Of a stretch of DNA of 64,000 nt, positions 1 through 12,091 are shown piece by piece (within the stretch, counting starts at the first letter, position 1; every line of letters begins with the position of its first letter). The DNA lies in NCBI GenBank assembly GCA_963743915.1, contig CAVURN010000002.1, forward strand, positions 512,001 to 576,000, in the 5' to 3' direction. The DNA comes from an uncultured Actinomycetota bacterium (GTDB taxonomy: Bacteria > Actinomycetota > Actinomycetes > JAHEKZ01). The position numbers and the translations under genes were made by a program. Below the pieces are notes generated by a model that was not told where the DNA came from, made no database searches, and saw only the letters and a program-made list of their open reading frames with translations.

Positions 1-1
1 C

Positions 2-1725
2 CTGCAGCCTGTCTCCGCCGCGTCGGCGGCTCCTGCGGTCCAGGGCACCTTCGACGACCTCGGCACTCCCTTGTCCGACATCACCTTCGTCGTCGTCGAC
101 CTCGAGACGACTGGCGGATCTGCGGCCAGCTGCGCCATCACCGAGATCGGCGCGGTCAAGGTGCGAGGGGGTGAGGTGCTCGGCGAGATGCAGACGCTGG
201 TCAACCCCGGCGTCCCCATCCCCGCCTTCATCGCGGTGCTCACCGGCATCACCGACGCCGCCGTCGCCGATGCCCCGCGCATCGGGTCGGTCCTGCCCAC
301 GTTCCTCGAGTTCGCCCGCGGCGCCACGCTTGTCGCCCACAACGCCCCGTTCGACGTCGGCTTCCTCACCGCTGCCGCCGACCAGCTCGATGTCCCGTGG
401 CCCCACTTCCCCGTGCTCGACACCGCCCGACTCGCGCGGCGGGTCCTCGACCGGGACGAGGCCCCCAACTGCAAGCTCGCCACCCTCGCCAGGCTCTTCC
501 GGGCCAGCACGACGCCCACTCACCGAGCCCTCGACGACGCGCGCGCGACGGTCGACGTCCTGCACGGTCTCTTCGAACGTGTGGGGTGCTTCGGCGTCAC
601 CACCGTCGAAGAGCTCGCCACCTTCTCCACCCGCGTCCATCCTGCGCAGCAACGCAAACGGCACCTCGCCGACCATGTACCGCGCGGCCCTGGCGTCTAC
701 CTCTTCCGCGACGGACGCGGCCGCGCCCTCTACATCGGCAAGTCGGTCGACCTGCGCCCGCGGGTCAAGCAGTACTTCACCGCCGCCGAGACCCGGCGCC
801 GGATGGCCGAGATGGTGGCGGCGGCCGAAGAGGTCGTCGCACTGCCGTGCGCCACGCTGCTCGAGGCCGAGGTGCGCGAGCTGCGGATGATCGCCGAGTA
901 CAAGCCGCCGTACAACCGGCGCTCCCGGTTCCCCGAGAAGGTCTCCTACCTCAAGCTCACCCCCGGGCCGTTCCCGCGGCTCTCGGTGGTGCGCGAGGTA
1001 CGCGACGACGACACCGCGTACCTCGGGCCGTTCGGCTCGCGGCGTCAGGCCGAGGCCGCTCGCGACGCGCTGCACGAGGCGTTCGCGCTGCGGCAGTGCA
1101 CGCAGCCGCTCGGCGTCCGACCCCAGGGGTCGGCGTGCATCCTCGCCGAGATGCACCGCTGCGGCGCACCGTGCGAGGGGCGCCAGAGCAGCGACGAGTA
1201 CGCCGCCATCGTCACGGAGGCCACGCGAGCCATGACCCAGGACGCCCGCCGCGTGGTCGACGCCCTCACCGCCCGGATGGCCCCCTTGGTGGAGCGTCAG
1301 CGGTTCGAGGACGCCGTGGCGCACCGTGACCGGCTGTCCGCGCTGCTCGCCGGAACGGCACGCAGCCAGCGGCTGCGAGAGTCTGGGTGGCTGCGCCGAG
1401 ATCGTGGCGGCGCGCCCGACCGCCTGACCGGGCATGGGAGCTCGCCGTGATCCGCCACGGTCGGCTCGCAGGTGCCGGCGTCGCCGCGCGAGGTGTGGCG
1501 GTCGCCCCCTTCGTCGAGTCCCTGCGCGCCGCGGCTGACCCCGTGGCACCGGCCGCGCAGGGCTTTCCTGCGGCGTCCGCCGAGGAGGCCGAGTGCCTGC
1601 TGCGGTGGCTCGACGCCCCGGGGGTCCGCCTGGTGCACCTCGACGGCGTCTGGGCCAGTCCCGCGCACGGCTCCCGCGGGCTAGAGTCGGCCGTGAGCCT
1701 GAAGGTCGAAGGGAGTGCCCCGTGA
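2..1725 (+). CDS. DEDD (DnaQ-like) exonuclease fused to GIY-YIG/UvrC-like nuclease; 5' end outside window; frameshifted ~1375-1430
   Basis: VVVDLETTG, AHNAPFD, HRALDDA (DEDDh motifs); GVYLF..LYIGKS..LRPRVKQYF, PPYN (GIY-YIG). Frame open from base 2 (LQPVS..QGTFDDLGTPL); C-terminus continues in ORF 1387..1725 (WELAVIRHGRLAGAG). Confidence 0.88.
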
Positions 1726-2000
1726 TCACCGCGATCGTCTTCGTCCAGTGCGACGTCGACCAGATCCCCTCCGTCGCCGAGAGCATCGTCGAGCTCCCCG
1801 AGGTGAGCGAGGTCTACTCGGTCACCGGCGGTGTCGACCTCATCGCGATGGTCCGGGTGCGCGCCCACGACGAGCTCGCCGAGGTCATCACCGGGCGGCT
1901 CGCCAAGATCCCCGGCATCGTGCACACCGAGACGCACATCGCGTTCCGCGCCTACAGCAAGCACGACCTCGAGGCGGCCTTCTCCCTCGGCCTCGAGTAG
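1722..2000 (+). CDS. Lrp/AsnC ligand-binding domain protein
   Basis: GTG overlaps upstream TGA (GTGA); VITAIVFVQC..EVYSVTGGVDLIAMVRV..TETHIAFRAYSKHDLEAAFSLG. Confidence 0.9.
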   Translation: MITAIVFVQCDVDQIPSVAESIVELPEVSEVYSVTGGVDLIAMVRVRAHDELAEVITGRLAKIPGIVHTETHIAFRAYSKHDLEAAFSLGLE

Positions 2001-2092
2001 GCCCCTCCCCACCCACTTTCCAACGCCAGGGCGCCACGATGCCCCGTCCTGCGGCGTGACTGTGGCGCTCTGGCGTAGGAGCTGGGGGTGAG

Positions 2093-3148
2093 TCAGAGCG
2101 AGCGGGTCGCCTCCACCCAGCGCTCCAGGGCGGCGGACGCCGCACCGTCGTCCACCGCGGACGCCGCGCGCACCAGCCCTGCCTGCATCGCGGCGTCGAG
2201 GTCGGCGACACCGACGCCGGCGGCGTCGTCCAGAGACACGAGCGCGGCCGCCGCGTTCAGCAGCACCGCGTCCCGGATCGGCCCCTGCTCCTGTCCGGCC
2301 AGCACCTGGCGGACGACCTCGGCGTTGTGTGCGCGGTCGCCGCCGCGCAGTGACTCCAGCGGGGCGCGAGCAATGCCCACGCTCTCGGGATCGAACGACG
2401 CGACCTGCACCTGTCCACCCACCACGCGCCAGACGGACGACGTGGTCGAGACCGTCAGCTCGTCCAGGCCGTCATCGCCCCGGAAGACGAGCGCAGCCAC
2501 GCCGCGGTCGGCGAAGACCTGCGCCATCACCGGAGCCATCCGTGCATCCGCACACCCGATGGCCTGCGCGCCCGGTTGCGCCGGGTTGGTGAGCGGGCCC
2601 AGGAAGTTGAAGGAGGTCGGGACACCGATCTCGCGTCGAACCGCAGCCGCGTGCCGCATGGCGGGGTGGAAGACCTGGGCGAAGCAGAAGGTGATGCCGG
2701 CGCGACGCCCGACGTCGGCGACCTGCTCGGGGGTCAGGGTGAGCACGACCCCCAGCTCCTCGAGGACGTCGGCGGTGCCGCAGGCCGAGGACGCGGCGCG
2801 GTTGCCGTGCTTGACCACTCGTGCGCCGGTCCCCGCCACCACGAGGGCGGCCATGGTGGAGATGTTGACCGAGTGCGACCGGTCACCGCCGGTCCCGACG
2901 ATGTCCACGGCAGGGGGTGGAACCTCGATCCGGTGTGCCGCCTCGAGCATCGCCGCGGCCAGCCCTGCCATCTCCGAGGCGGTCTCACCCTTGGCCCTGA
3001 GCGCCACGGCGAACGCCGAGATCTGTGCAGCGGACGCGTCACCGGCCATCACCTGGCCCATCGCCCACTCGGCCTGCGTCGCTGCGAGCCCCTCGCCCCG
3101 GACCAGCGCTCCGAGCACGGACGGCCAGCTCGGCGTCGCGTCTGCCAT
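2093..3148 (-). CDS. trpD: Anthranilate phosphoribosyltransferase
   Basis: [53 protein letters not shown]; start MADATPSW at 3148. Confidence 0.96.
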   Translation of the reverse strand: MADATPSWPSVLGALVRGEGLAATQAEWAMGQVMAGDASAAQISAFAVALRAKGETASEMAGLAAAMLEAAHRIEVPPPAVDIVGTGGDRSHSVNISTMAALVVAGTGARVVKHGNRAASSACGTADVLEELGVVLTLTPEQVADVGRRAGITFCFAQVFHPAMRHAAAVRREIGVPTSFNFLGPLTNPAQPGAQAIGCADARMAPVMAQVFADRGVAALVFRGDDGLDELTVSTTSSVWRVVGGQVQVASFDPESVGIARAPLESLRGGDRAHNAEVVRQVLAGQEQGPIRDAVLLNAAAALVSLDDAAGVGVADLDAAMQAGLVRAASAVDDGAASAALERWVEATRSL

Positions 3149-3158
3149 TCGCGCAGCC

Positions 3159-3578
3159 CTACGGGGTGGTGCTGACGCCGCGCGCGGCAGCCCGGGTGCG
3201 CAGCAGCTCGGCGGCCGCAGCGGCGAGCGCGATCGGGTCGATGGGGTGCGTCGCCACGCCGTCCGCCCGCGACCATGAGGCGAGCCAGGCGTCCTGGGAC
3301 GCGCCCGATGATCACCAGCACGGGTGGCGAGCGGAAGATCTCCTGCTTGATCGTGCGACAGACCCCCAGCCCACCGGCGGGGACAGCCTCGCCGTCGAGG
3401 ATGGCCAGATCGATCCCGCCATTGCCGAGGCGTTCCCTCACGGCCCACTCGGTCGCCACGTCGACGAACTCGACGGCGGCAGGTCGGACGCGGGTCGGCG
3501 TCCCAGCGCCAGACGCACCTCGTCCCGCGTGTTGCGGTCATCGCTGTAGACCAGGACGGTCAGCGCGTCGTCGGCCAT
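3159..3578 (-). CDS. Conserved actinobacterial receiver-like (response regulator) protein; two apparent indels
   Basis: Pieces in three frames: [29 protein letters not shown] / [42 protein letters not shown] / [21 protein letters not shown]; usual gene between trpD and ctaE. Confidence 0.8.
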
Positions 3579-3847
3579 GCCGCTCCCCTGCTGCCTGAGG
3601 CCGCCGCCGGCCGTCTGCCGGAGGCGCGTCGTCGTTGCTGATCGTAGCCAGTCATGAGCGCCTCGCCACGCCGGGGCGGAGGCAGCGTGGCTCGCCCTCG
3701 AGGTCACGAAACGGCAACGACCACCCACGGGTCTGACGCGGCGCCACGGCACTTCTGCGTCGCCGCGTCGGACGCCCCGAGTCCGGCGGCCGGCAACACC
3801 CCGCAGACAAACTTCGCCCCCTCTCACCACACGGAGGGCAGAGTCGG

Positions 3848-3853
3848 CATAAT
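3848..3853 (+). promoter_or_regulatory. -10 hexamer (CATAAT) of probable leaderless ctaE-qcrCAB promoter
   Basis: CATAAT 7 nt before GTG at 3861; no SD. Confidence 0.6.
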
Positions 3854-3860
3854 CGGGCGC

Positions 3861-4466
3861 GTGTCGACAGCTACCGCGGCCGAGCCTGCCCAGATCCAGG
3901 CCCCCAACCGGCCCAACCTCGTCAGCGTAGGAACCATCGTCTGGCTCTCCCAGGAGCTGATGTTCTTCGCTGCCCTGTTCGCGATGTACTTCACGGTGCG
4001 TCAGGTGACGCTGCCCGACTCCTGGCCGCCGGACGACGTCCACCTGAACATCCCGTTCGCCTCGGTCAACACACTGGTGCTGGTGTCGTCGTCGCTCACC
4101 TGCCAGCTCGGGGTGTTCGCGGCGGAGCGCGGAGACGTCAAGGGTCTGCGCAAGTGGTTCGTCATCACCTACCTGATGGGCGCTTTCTTCGTCGCCGGCC
4201 AGGTGTTCGAGTACACGGAGCTGGTCCACGAGGGGCTCACGCTCAGCTCGTCGCCCTACGGCTCGGTCTTCTACCTGACCACGGGGTTCCACGCCCTGCA
4301 CGTGACAGGCGGTCTGATCGCCTTCCTGTTCGTGCTCGCCACCACCTACATCGCGCGCCGCTTCGACCATGACCAAGCCACCCGGGCCATCGTCGTGTCG
4401 TACTACTGGCACTTCGTCGACGTCGTGTGGATCGCCCTGTTCGCGACCATCTACTTCATCCAGTAG
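3861..4466 (+). CDS. ctaE: Cytochrome c oxidase subunit III
   Basis: [42 protein letters not shown]. Confidence 0.96.
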   Translation: MSTATAAEPAQIQAPNRPNLVSVGTIVWLSQELMFFAALFAMYFTVRQVTLPDSWPPDDVHLNIPFASVNTLVLVSSSLTCQLGVFAAERGDVKGLRKWFVITYLMGAFFVAGQVFEYTELVHEGLTLSSSPYGSVFYLTTGFHALHVTGGLIAFLFVLATTYIARRFDHDQATRAIVVSYYWHFVDVVWIALFATIYFIQ

Positions 4467-4486
4467 CCACTCACCAGGGACCACTC

Positions 4487-5306
4487 GTGACCTTCATCCT
4501 CGCCCGGCGCCGTAGCCCCTGGGCCACCGCCCTCCTGCTCCTGCTGGCGCTGCTCGCCGTCGGTGGCGTCTATGCCATCGCGGCCGGGTCAGACGCAGGC
4601 CGAGGCCACCACGCCCAGTGCGTCCACCACGCAGATCGAGCAGGGCCGCAAGCTCTTCCTCGAAGGCTGCTCCACGTGCCACGGACTGAACGCCGACGGG
4701 GGCTACCAGCCGGACGGCACCGTCGCCGGGCCGTCACTGATCGGCGTCGGCGCCGCCTCCGTCGACTTCCAGGTCGCCACAGGTCGGATGCCGCTGGCGA
4801 ATCCCGGGGCGCAGGCCATCCGCAAGCCCCCGGTCTACAACGAGGAGGAGATCGCCGCCCTCGCGGCGTACATCGGCTCACTCGGTGCGGGTCCGGCCAT
4901 CCCCGGTCCGGAGCAGTACGACACCACGGGCATCACGCCTGAGGAGCTCGCCCTGGGCGGCCAGCTGTTCCGGGCCAACTGCGCCTCCTGCCACAACTTC
5001 TCCGGCAAGGGTGGGGCACTGACGGACGGCAAGTACGCCCCGGCGTTGACCGAGGTCGACCCCAAGCACATCTACTCGGCCATGCTCATCGGCCCCCAGA
5101 ACATGCCGAACTTCCCGGACACCACGCTGCGCCCCGAGGACAAGCGGGCCATCATCGCCTACATCGAGACGCTGCGGGACAGCCCGAACAACGGCGGCAT
5201 CGACACCGGACGACTGGGACCGGTCACGGAGGGCCTGTTGCTCTGGACCCTCGGACTCGGCGCCCTGATCTCGGTCGCCATCTGGATCGGAGTGAAGGCC
5301 AAGTGA
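4487..5306 (+). CDS. qcrC: Cytochrome bc1 diheme cytochrome c subunit; frameshift ~4585
   Basis: Two CXXCH (CSTCH, CASCH), DFQVATGRMP; N-terminal TM (VTFILARRRSPW..) in another frame. Confidence 0.93.
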
Positions 5307-6311
5307 CCATCGAGACCCACGGCGCAGGCGACAGCGACCTGCCCGTCCACAAGCCTCGCCGCGCCGACATCGACCCGCGGGCGGCCAAGCGCGCCGAGCG
5401 CCAGGTGGGGTTCCTGTTCCTCGGCTCGGGACTGGCCAGCGTCGCCTTCATCGTCGCCTACGTGGTCACGCCCGATCGACGAGACGATCCCGCTGCCCTT
5501 CTTCGGTGACACCAACGCGTCCAACCTGCTGCTCGGCATCACCATGGGCCTGGCGCTCTTCCTGATCGGGGCAGCGGCGATCCACTGGGCCAAGAAGCTC
5601 ATGCCGGACGTCGAGATCGTCCACCAGCGCTCGCCGGAGTCCTCCGAGCCCGAGGATCGCGACGCGCTGCTGATCGAGTACCAGCGCGGGGTCGACGAGA
5701 GCGGGATCAAGCGGCGGCCGTTCATCCTCGGCAGCATGATCACCGCCCTGGGACTGGCCGGACTGCCGGCCATCGTGCTGCTCCGCGACCTGGGGCCGCT
5801 GCCCGGCACGGCGCTGCGCACCACGATGTGGACGGCGGGCACCCCCATCCTCGTCGCCGAGACCCACCAGAAGATCCGACCGGAGGACCTCGAGGTCGGC
5901 ACCCTGGTCAGCGCGGTCCCGGAGGGCCTCGAGGAGGTCATGGAGGAGGAGGGCAACCTCAACGAGCTCGCCAAGGCCGCCGTCATGCTCATCCGCATGG
6001 ATCCCAGCGAGATCGTGGCCGACCAGACGCCGTCCGGCGAGGAGTCGTGGACCTACCAGGGCATCATGTGCTACTCGAAGATCTGCACGCACGTCGGCTG
6101 CCCTCTCGGCCTCTACGAACAGCTGACCCACCACATGCTCTGCCCCTGCCACCAGTCGACCTTCGACCTGTCCGACGCCGGCAATGTGATCTTCGGCCCC
6201 GCCGCCCGCTCCCTGCCTCAACTCGCGATCACCGTGGATGAGGACGGATACTTAGTTGCTCGCGAAGGGTTCGCTGAGCCGGTGGGACCGAGCTTCTGGG
6301 AGCGCGGATGA
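5303..6311 (+). CDS. qcrA: Cytochrome bc1 Rieske iron-sulfur subunit; frameshift ~5480
   Basis: [35 protein letters not shown]; N-terminus in ORF 5303..5509. Confidence 0.94.
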
Positions 6312-7986
6312 GTACCAGCAAGGTGGAGCAGGCCGGTGGCGCCGGCTACGTCTGGGTCGACGACCGCGTTCCGGCTGCGAAGTACCTGAAGAAGCAGCTG
6401 AACAAGGTCTTCCCCGACCACTGGTCGTTCATGCTCGGCGAGATCGCCCTCTACAGCTTCATCATCCTGCTGCTGTCGGGCACCTTCCTGTCGCTGTGGT
6501 TCAAGCCCTCGATGATCGAGGTCGTCTACGACGGTTCGTACCTGCCGCTCAACGGCGTGAAGATGTCCGAGGCCTACGCCTCGACGCTCGACATCAGCTT
6601 CGACGTCCGTGGCGGCCTGTCTCATGCGCCAGATCCACCACTGGGGTGCGCTCTTCTTCGTCGCAGCCATCTCCGTCCACCTGCTGCGGGTCTTCTTCAC
6701 CGGCGCCTTCCGCAAGCCGCGTGAGATCAACTGGGTGATCGGTGTCGGACTGCTGACCCTTGCGCTCCTCGAGGGCTTCGCCGGCTACTCGCTCCCCGAC
6801 GACCTGCTCTCCGGCACCGGGCTGCGGATCGCCCAGGGCATCATGCTTTCCATCCCTGTCGTCGGCACGTACATGTCGTTCTTCGTCTTCGGCGGGGAGT
6901 TCCCCGGCACCGACTTCATCCCCCGCCTCTACACCGTGCACGTGCTCCTGGTGCCCGGCATCATCCTGGCGCTGATCACCGTGCACCTGATGCTCGTGTG
7001 GTTCCAGAAGCACACGCAGTACCCCGCCAAGGGACGCACCGAGCGCAACGTCATCGGCTACCCGCTCTTCCCGATCTACACCGCCAAGGCCGGTGGCTTC
7101 TTCTTCGTCGTCTTCGGTGTGACGGCACTGATGGGCGGCCTGTTCCAGATCAACCCGATCTGGCTCTACGGCCCCTACATCCCCGACCAGATCACCGCCG
7201 GCTCACAGCCCGACTGGTACATCGGCTGGCTCGAGGGCGCCCTGCGGATGATGCCGAACATCGAGTTCGTGCTCTTCGGGAACTGGACGCTGAGCCTGAA
7301 CGTCCTCTTCCCGGCCGCCATCTTGCCGGGCATCATCTTCACCCTGCTGGCGCTCTATCCCTGGATCGAGGCGTGGGCCACGGGCGACAAGCGGACGCAC
7401 CACCTGCTCGACCGGCCCCGCAACGCCCCCACCCGCACGGCACTGGGAGCCATGGCGCTGTCGTTCTACATCCTGCTGTGGGTCGAAGGTGGCAACGACC
7501 TCATCGCCAGCACCTTCAGTCGTCAACGTCTTCGCGATCACCTGGTTCATGCGCATCGCGATCTTCGTGGTGCCGCCACTGGTCTTCATCGTGACCAAGC
7601 GCATCTGCTTCGGTCTGCAGCGCCGGGACCGCGACAAGCTGCTGCACGGCTACGAGTCCGGCGTCATCAAGCGCCTGCCCAACGGCAAGTACTACGAGCA
7701 GCACCAGCCGATCTCGGACGAGGAGCGCGCGGTACTCATGGCGCGCGCCAGTGCGCCTCAGCCGCTGCCCATGCCGGAGAAGTACGACGAGAACGGCATC
7801 AAGCAGAAGGGCTACGGAGTCAAGCGTCTGCAGGCGCGACTCTCGCACTTCTTCTACGCCGAGCGGATCCCCATGCCGACGCCGGCCGAGATCGAAGAGG
7901 CGACGCACCACGAGGCCGAGATCACCGCCGAGCGGGACCACGAGATCGACGACTCCCGCGCCAAGGCACTCGCTCCTCGCGAGTGA
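6308..7986 (+). CDS. qcrB: Cytochrome b subunit of bc1 complex; frameshifts ~6620 and ~7518
   Basis: [17 protein letters not shown] / [27 protein letters not shown] / [21 protein letters not shown] across ORFs 6308..6724, 6609..8051, 7489..7986. Confidence 0.94.
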
Positions 7987-8089
7987 CACCCCGAGCCCGC
8001 CGAGATGCGTGGCTGAGTGACGCCTCAGGCCCGCCGGATGCGTGCTGGTGACACTCAGGCCCGTCGAGATGCGTTGGCTCGGTGACGCC
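7983..8089. repeat. Degenerate ~32 bp tandem repeat, about 3.3 copies
   Basis: gtgacaccccgagcccgccgagatgcgtggctga / gtgacgcctcaggcccgccggatgcgtgctg / gtgacactcaggcccgtcgagatgcgttggctcg / gtgacgccc. Confidence 0.7.
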
Positions 8090-8103
8090 CACCGGCCAGC
8101 CGG

Positions 8104-8592
8104 CTAGGCCGGACGGCGCGCTGACCGCGCAGCAGGTGCAGCTTGGCCCCGACCACGCTCGGTTCACGCCTCGAGGTCGCGGGCGACGCGAAGGACCGGC
8201 TCGTACCGTGTCGTCAGCTCGAGCTGGCCTGACGCCATCAGCCAGCCCCGGACCCTCGACGCCTCGAGCACGACCGATCCCGGATCGCAGTCCGGACTAG
8301 CACGACCTCGTCGAGAGCCGCTCTCCGGGCGCGTGGGCGACTCAGCGGCATCGGCAGTGTGCTCCACATGGAGGGCACGGGATCGACGAGATGGACACGG
8401 TACCCGCATCCGGCGAGCCAGACGCGTAGACGCCCGATGCCCCACCTACGTCGAGCACGCGCGCAGGCATCGGGGGAGCACCCGACCGAGGATGTCTTGG
8501 GTACGCGCCGCTCGATGGGTGTCGAGACACCGCGGTGAGCCGTCACGCTCGAGACCAAGCGCGTAGTGCGCGAGGATCTCCGGATCGATCAT
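8104..8592 (-). pseudogene. Class I SAM-dependent methyltransferase remnant (multiple indels, central region missing)
   Basis: Fragments MIDPEILAHYALGLERD / RVLDVGGASGVYA / WLAGCGYRVHLVDPVP / VEGPG / EPSVVGAKLHLL; -10 TAGTGT 6 nt before ATG. Confidence 0.65.
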
Positions 8593-8695
8593 GGAGACAC
8601 ACTAGCGCTCGATAGCGGCGCGGGCGTCGGGACGTCATCCAGCCACGCAGGCACGCATTCGGCGGGCTTGGGGGTGGAGCCGACGGGTGGCGCCG

Positions 8696-9877
8696 CTAGG
8701 AGAGCGCGCTCCCCTGCTTCCACTCCTCCCAGGACATGTTCCAGTCGGTGTAGCCGTTCCACGGCTCCATCGTCCGGGTCCCGTTCACGTACTTCACGAC
8801 GTCGCCCGGCGTGGACAGGTTGTAGAACCAGCTGGCGTTCTCGGTGGACATGCCGGTGCAGCCGTGGCTGACGTTGGCCTCGCCCTGCGACGAGACCGAC
8901 CAGGGCGCAGCATGCAGGTACTCGCCGCTCCAGGTCAGACGCATCGCGTACTCGACGTCGAGCCGGTAGTACTCCGGATCGTTCTCGTCGACATCGATCG
9001 TGGCCGCGTCCATGACGACCTCGCGCTGCTTGGACATGATCACCTTGGTGCCGATCCGGGTGTCCCAACCGGACTTGCCGGTGGTGATCGGAACCGTGCG
9101 GATCACGTCACCGTTGCGCGTCACGGTCATGGTGTGGGCACCGATGTCGACCGTGCTGATCCTGGCGTCACCCACCGAGAAGCGGGCCAGGTCGTTGTCG
9201 TCGCCCCAGACGCCCTTGCCGAGCTCGACACCGGCCAGCTGGGTGCGGACGCTGACATCGGTGCCGGGGCGCCAGTACGTCTTCGGCCGCCAGCGCACCA
9301 TCTGGTCGTTGACCCAGTACCAGCCACCGACCTGCTGGGGAGACGTGGTGACCTTCAACCTCCGCTCCGCGACCGCCTTGCGGGTGACGGGCTGGTCGAA
9401 GGTGACGATGATCGGCATCCCGACGCCCACGGTCGACGCGCCGGCCGGGCTGATCCCGGTGTACGCGAGGCTCTTGGGCTTGACCGTCCGCACGGTGGTG
9501 CGGGTGCGCGTGGCGAGCCCCTCGGCGTCCACCGCACGAGCCTCGACGGTGTACCGGGTGTCGAACGGCAGGGGTGCGGCGTCGGACGCCCAGCGCTGCT
9601 TCTGGTCGCTGAACCCACCGGGCAGCTTGCGGCCGCGCTCGTCGCGGATCACGACCGAGGTCAGGGTGCCTCGCTTCGCCGTGACCACGATGGGCCGGTT
9701 GGGGCTCCAGTCGCGCGACCCCTCCGCCGTCACCCTGATGGTCGCCTCTGACTCAGGGGTGGCCGCGACCCCGGCGGGGCCACCGGCCCCCGCGGTGGTG
9801 CAGGCAGCCAGGAACAGGCAGGCGGACGCCGCCGCTGCCTGAGAGCGCCATCTGCGGGCGCGGATCCTGGTGCTCAC
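8696..9877 (-). CDS. L,D-transpeptidase lipoprotein (Ig-like + YkuD)
   Basis: Lipobox LAAC; VGVGMPIIVTF, WRPKTYW, catalytic HAAPWS..NVSHGC. Confidence 0.93.
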   Translation of the reverse strand: MSTRIRARRWRSQAAAASACLFLAACTTAGAGGPAGVAATPESEATIRVTAEGSRDWSPNRPIVVTAKRGTLTSVVIRDERGRKLPGGFSDQKQRWASDAAPLPFDTRYTVEARAVDAEGLATRTRTTVRTVKPKSLAYTGISPAGASTVGVGMPIIVTFDQPVTRKAVAERRLKVTTSPQQVGGWYWVNDQMVRWRPKTYWRPGTDVSVRTQLAGVELGKGVWGDDNDLARFSVGDARISTVDIGAHTMTVTRNGDVIRTVPITTGKSGWDTRIGTKVIMSKQREVVMDAATIDVDENDPEYYRLDVEYAMRLTWSGEYLHAAPWSVSSQGEANVSHGCTGMSTENASWFYNLSTPGDVVKYVNGTRTMEPWNGYTDWNMSWEEWKQGSALS

Positions 9878-9967
9878 TTGAGGTCCCCGTAGAAACTTGG
9901 AAGGAGGCGGGTCGTCCCGTCTCCTTCTCACGTCGACACCTGAGGCTACCTTCTCAAGCCCAGAAGT

Positions 9968-10369
9968 TCACTCTCTGGCGAAGTCGCCGACGTAGTACTC
10001 GAAGAGCATGTAGGTGGTGGCGGCCACGAGGGCCACCACGCCGAGGATGATCATCCACCACATCAGGAAGGCGACGCCCAGCGCGGTGACCGCCGACCCC
10101 AGCCCCACCGCCAGCGGCGACCAGCTGTGCGGGCTGAAGAAGCCCTGGACACCGGCGCCCTCGGCGATCTCGCCCTCGTCGTCGTCCTCAGGCAGCGGCT
10201 CGACGCGCTTGGCCGTGAAGAGCAGGTAGAAGGCGACCAGGAACCCCAGCCCGCCGGTGAAGACCAGAGCCGCGGTCCCGGCCGGCTCCTTGGCCATGAA
10301 CCAGTAGACGACTGCGACCAAGCCGAAGAACAGGGCAATTCCGACAAAGAGCCGTCCGGCAGTCCGCAT
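9968..10369 (-). CDS. ctaF: Cytochrome c oxidase subunit IV (actinobacterial)
   Basis: [37 protein letters not shown]. Confidence 0.92.
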   Translation of the reverse strand: MRTAGRLFVGIALFFGLVAVVYWFMAKEPAGTAALVFTGGLGFLVAFYLLFTAKRVEPLPEDDDEGEIAEGAGVQGFFSPHSWSPLAVGLGSAVTALGVAFLMWWMIILGVVALVAATTYMLFEYYVGDFARE

Positions 10370-10370
10370 G

Positions 10371-12091
10371 TCAGCTCTCCCTGGCCTCGGACGTCCCGGT
10401 GACCGCGACGGGCGGCGATGCGGCCCCGACCTCGGCGAAGGCGATCTCCGGGTGGTGCAGGTCGAACGCCGGGGACTCCGACCGGATCCGAGGAATCTGG
10501 TCGAAGTTGTGCCGCGGCGGTGGGCAGCTGGTCGCCCACTCCAGCGACCGTCCCCAGCCCCAGGGGTCGTCCTCGGTGACGACGGTCCCGCGCTTGTGCG
10601 TGCGCCACACGTTGTACAGGAACGTCACCGTCGACAGGCCGAGCAGGATCGAGCCGACCGTCGAGACCTGGTTCATGAAGATGTAGCCGTCCTCGGGCAC
10701 GTAGTCGCCGTACCGACGCGGCATGCCGGCCGCCCCGAGCCAGTGCTGGATGAGGAACGTGGTCTGGAACCCGATGAACAGCAGCCAGAAGTGGACCTGC
10801 CCGATGCGCTCGTCGAGCATCTTGCCGGTCCACTTCGGCCACCAGAAGTAGAAGCCGGCGAACATCAGGAACACCACGGTGCCGAACACGGTGTAGTGGA
10901 AGTGCGCCACCACGAAGTAGCTGTCGGACACGGCGAAGTCCAGAGGGGGCGACGCCAGGATGATGCCGGTCAGCCCACCGAAGAGGAAGGTGACCAGGAA
11001 GCCCAACGAGAAGGTCATGGGGGTCTCGAACGTGATCGAGCCGCCCCACATGGTGCCGATCCAGTTGAAGAACTTCACGCCGGTCGGGATGGCGATCAGC
11101 ATCGTCATGAACGCGAAGAACGGCAGCATCACCGCACCGGTGACGAACATGTGGTGCGCCCACACCGCGACCGAGAGCCCGGCGATGGCGATGGTCGCGA
11201 AGACCAGGCCCTTGTAGCCGAAGATCGGCTTGCGGCTGAACACCGGCAGGATCTCGGAGATGATGCCGAAGAACGGCAGCGCGAGGATGTAGACCTCGGG
11301 GTGTCCGAAGAACCAGAAGAGGTGCTGCCAGAGGATCGCTCCTCCGACCTCGGGCGCGAAGACCAGGCTGCCGAACTGGCGGTCGATCTCGAGCACCAGG
11401 AGTGCGGCGGCCAGGACCGGGAAGGCCATCAGGACCAGGATGCTGGTCAGCAGCACGTTCCAGCTGAAGATCGGCATCCGGAACATGGTCATGCCCGGGC
11501 GCCCGCATGGCCACGATCGTGGTGATGAAGTTGACCGAGCCGAGGATGGTGCCGACACCGGTCAGGGCGATGCCCATGATCCACAGGTCAGCGCCCGACC
11601 CCCGGTGAGTACACCGCGTCGGAGAGCGGTGCGTAGGCGGTCCAGCCGAAGGCCGCGGCCCCGCCGGGCGTGACCAGGCTGAGCAGGACGATGATGGCGC
11701 CCAACAGGTACAGCCAGTACGCCAGCATGTTCATGCGCGGGAACGCGACGTCCGGCGAGCCGATCTGCAGCGGCATGATCGCGTTCGCGAAGCCGGAGAA
11801 GAGCGGCGTGGCGAACAGGAACAGCATGATCGTGCCGTGCATCGTGAAGAGCTGGTTGTACTGCTCGAGGCTGACGAACTGCATGTTCGGCTCGGTCAGC
11901 TCGGCCCTGATCACCAGGGCCATGACCCCGCCGATCAGGAAGAACACGAACGACGTGATCAGGTACAGGTAGCCGATCACCTTGTGGTCGGTGCTGGTCA
12001 ACCAGCTGACGACCATCCGACCGCGGCTCATCGGCGGCGCCTGGGGCACCTGCGGGACGGTGTCGGTGACCGTTTCGTCGATCAGGGTCAC
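10371..12091 (-). CDS. ctaD: Cytochrome c oxidase subunit I; frameshifts ~11590 and ~11500
   Basis: [49 protein letters not shown]. Confidence 0.95.

Noticed and set aside
2093-3541. N-terminally extended TrpD
   Set aside because: The extension is an off-frame reading of the frameshifted receiver-domain gene upstream.
4487-12091. Programmed frameshifting or pseudogenisation of the bc1-aa3 supercomplex
   Set aside because: No slippery-site pattern, all cofactor motifs intact, and similar indels hit unrelated genes; sequencing error is more parsimonious.
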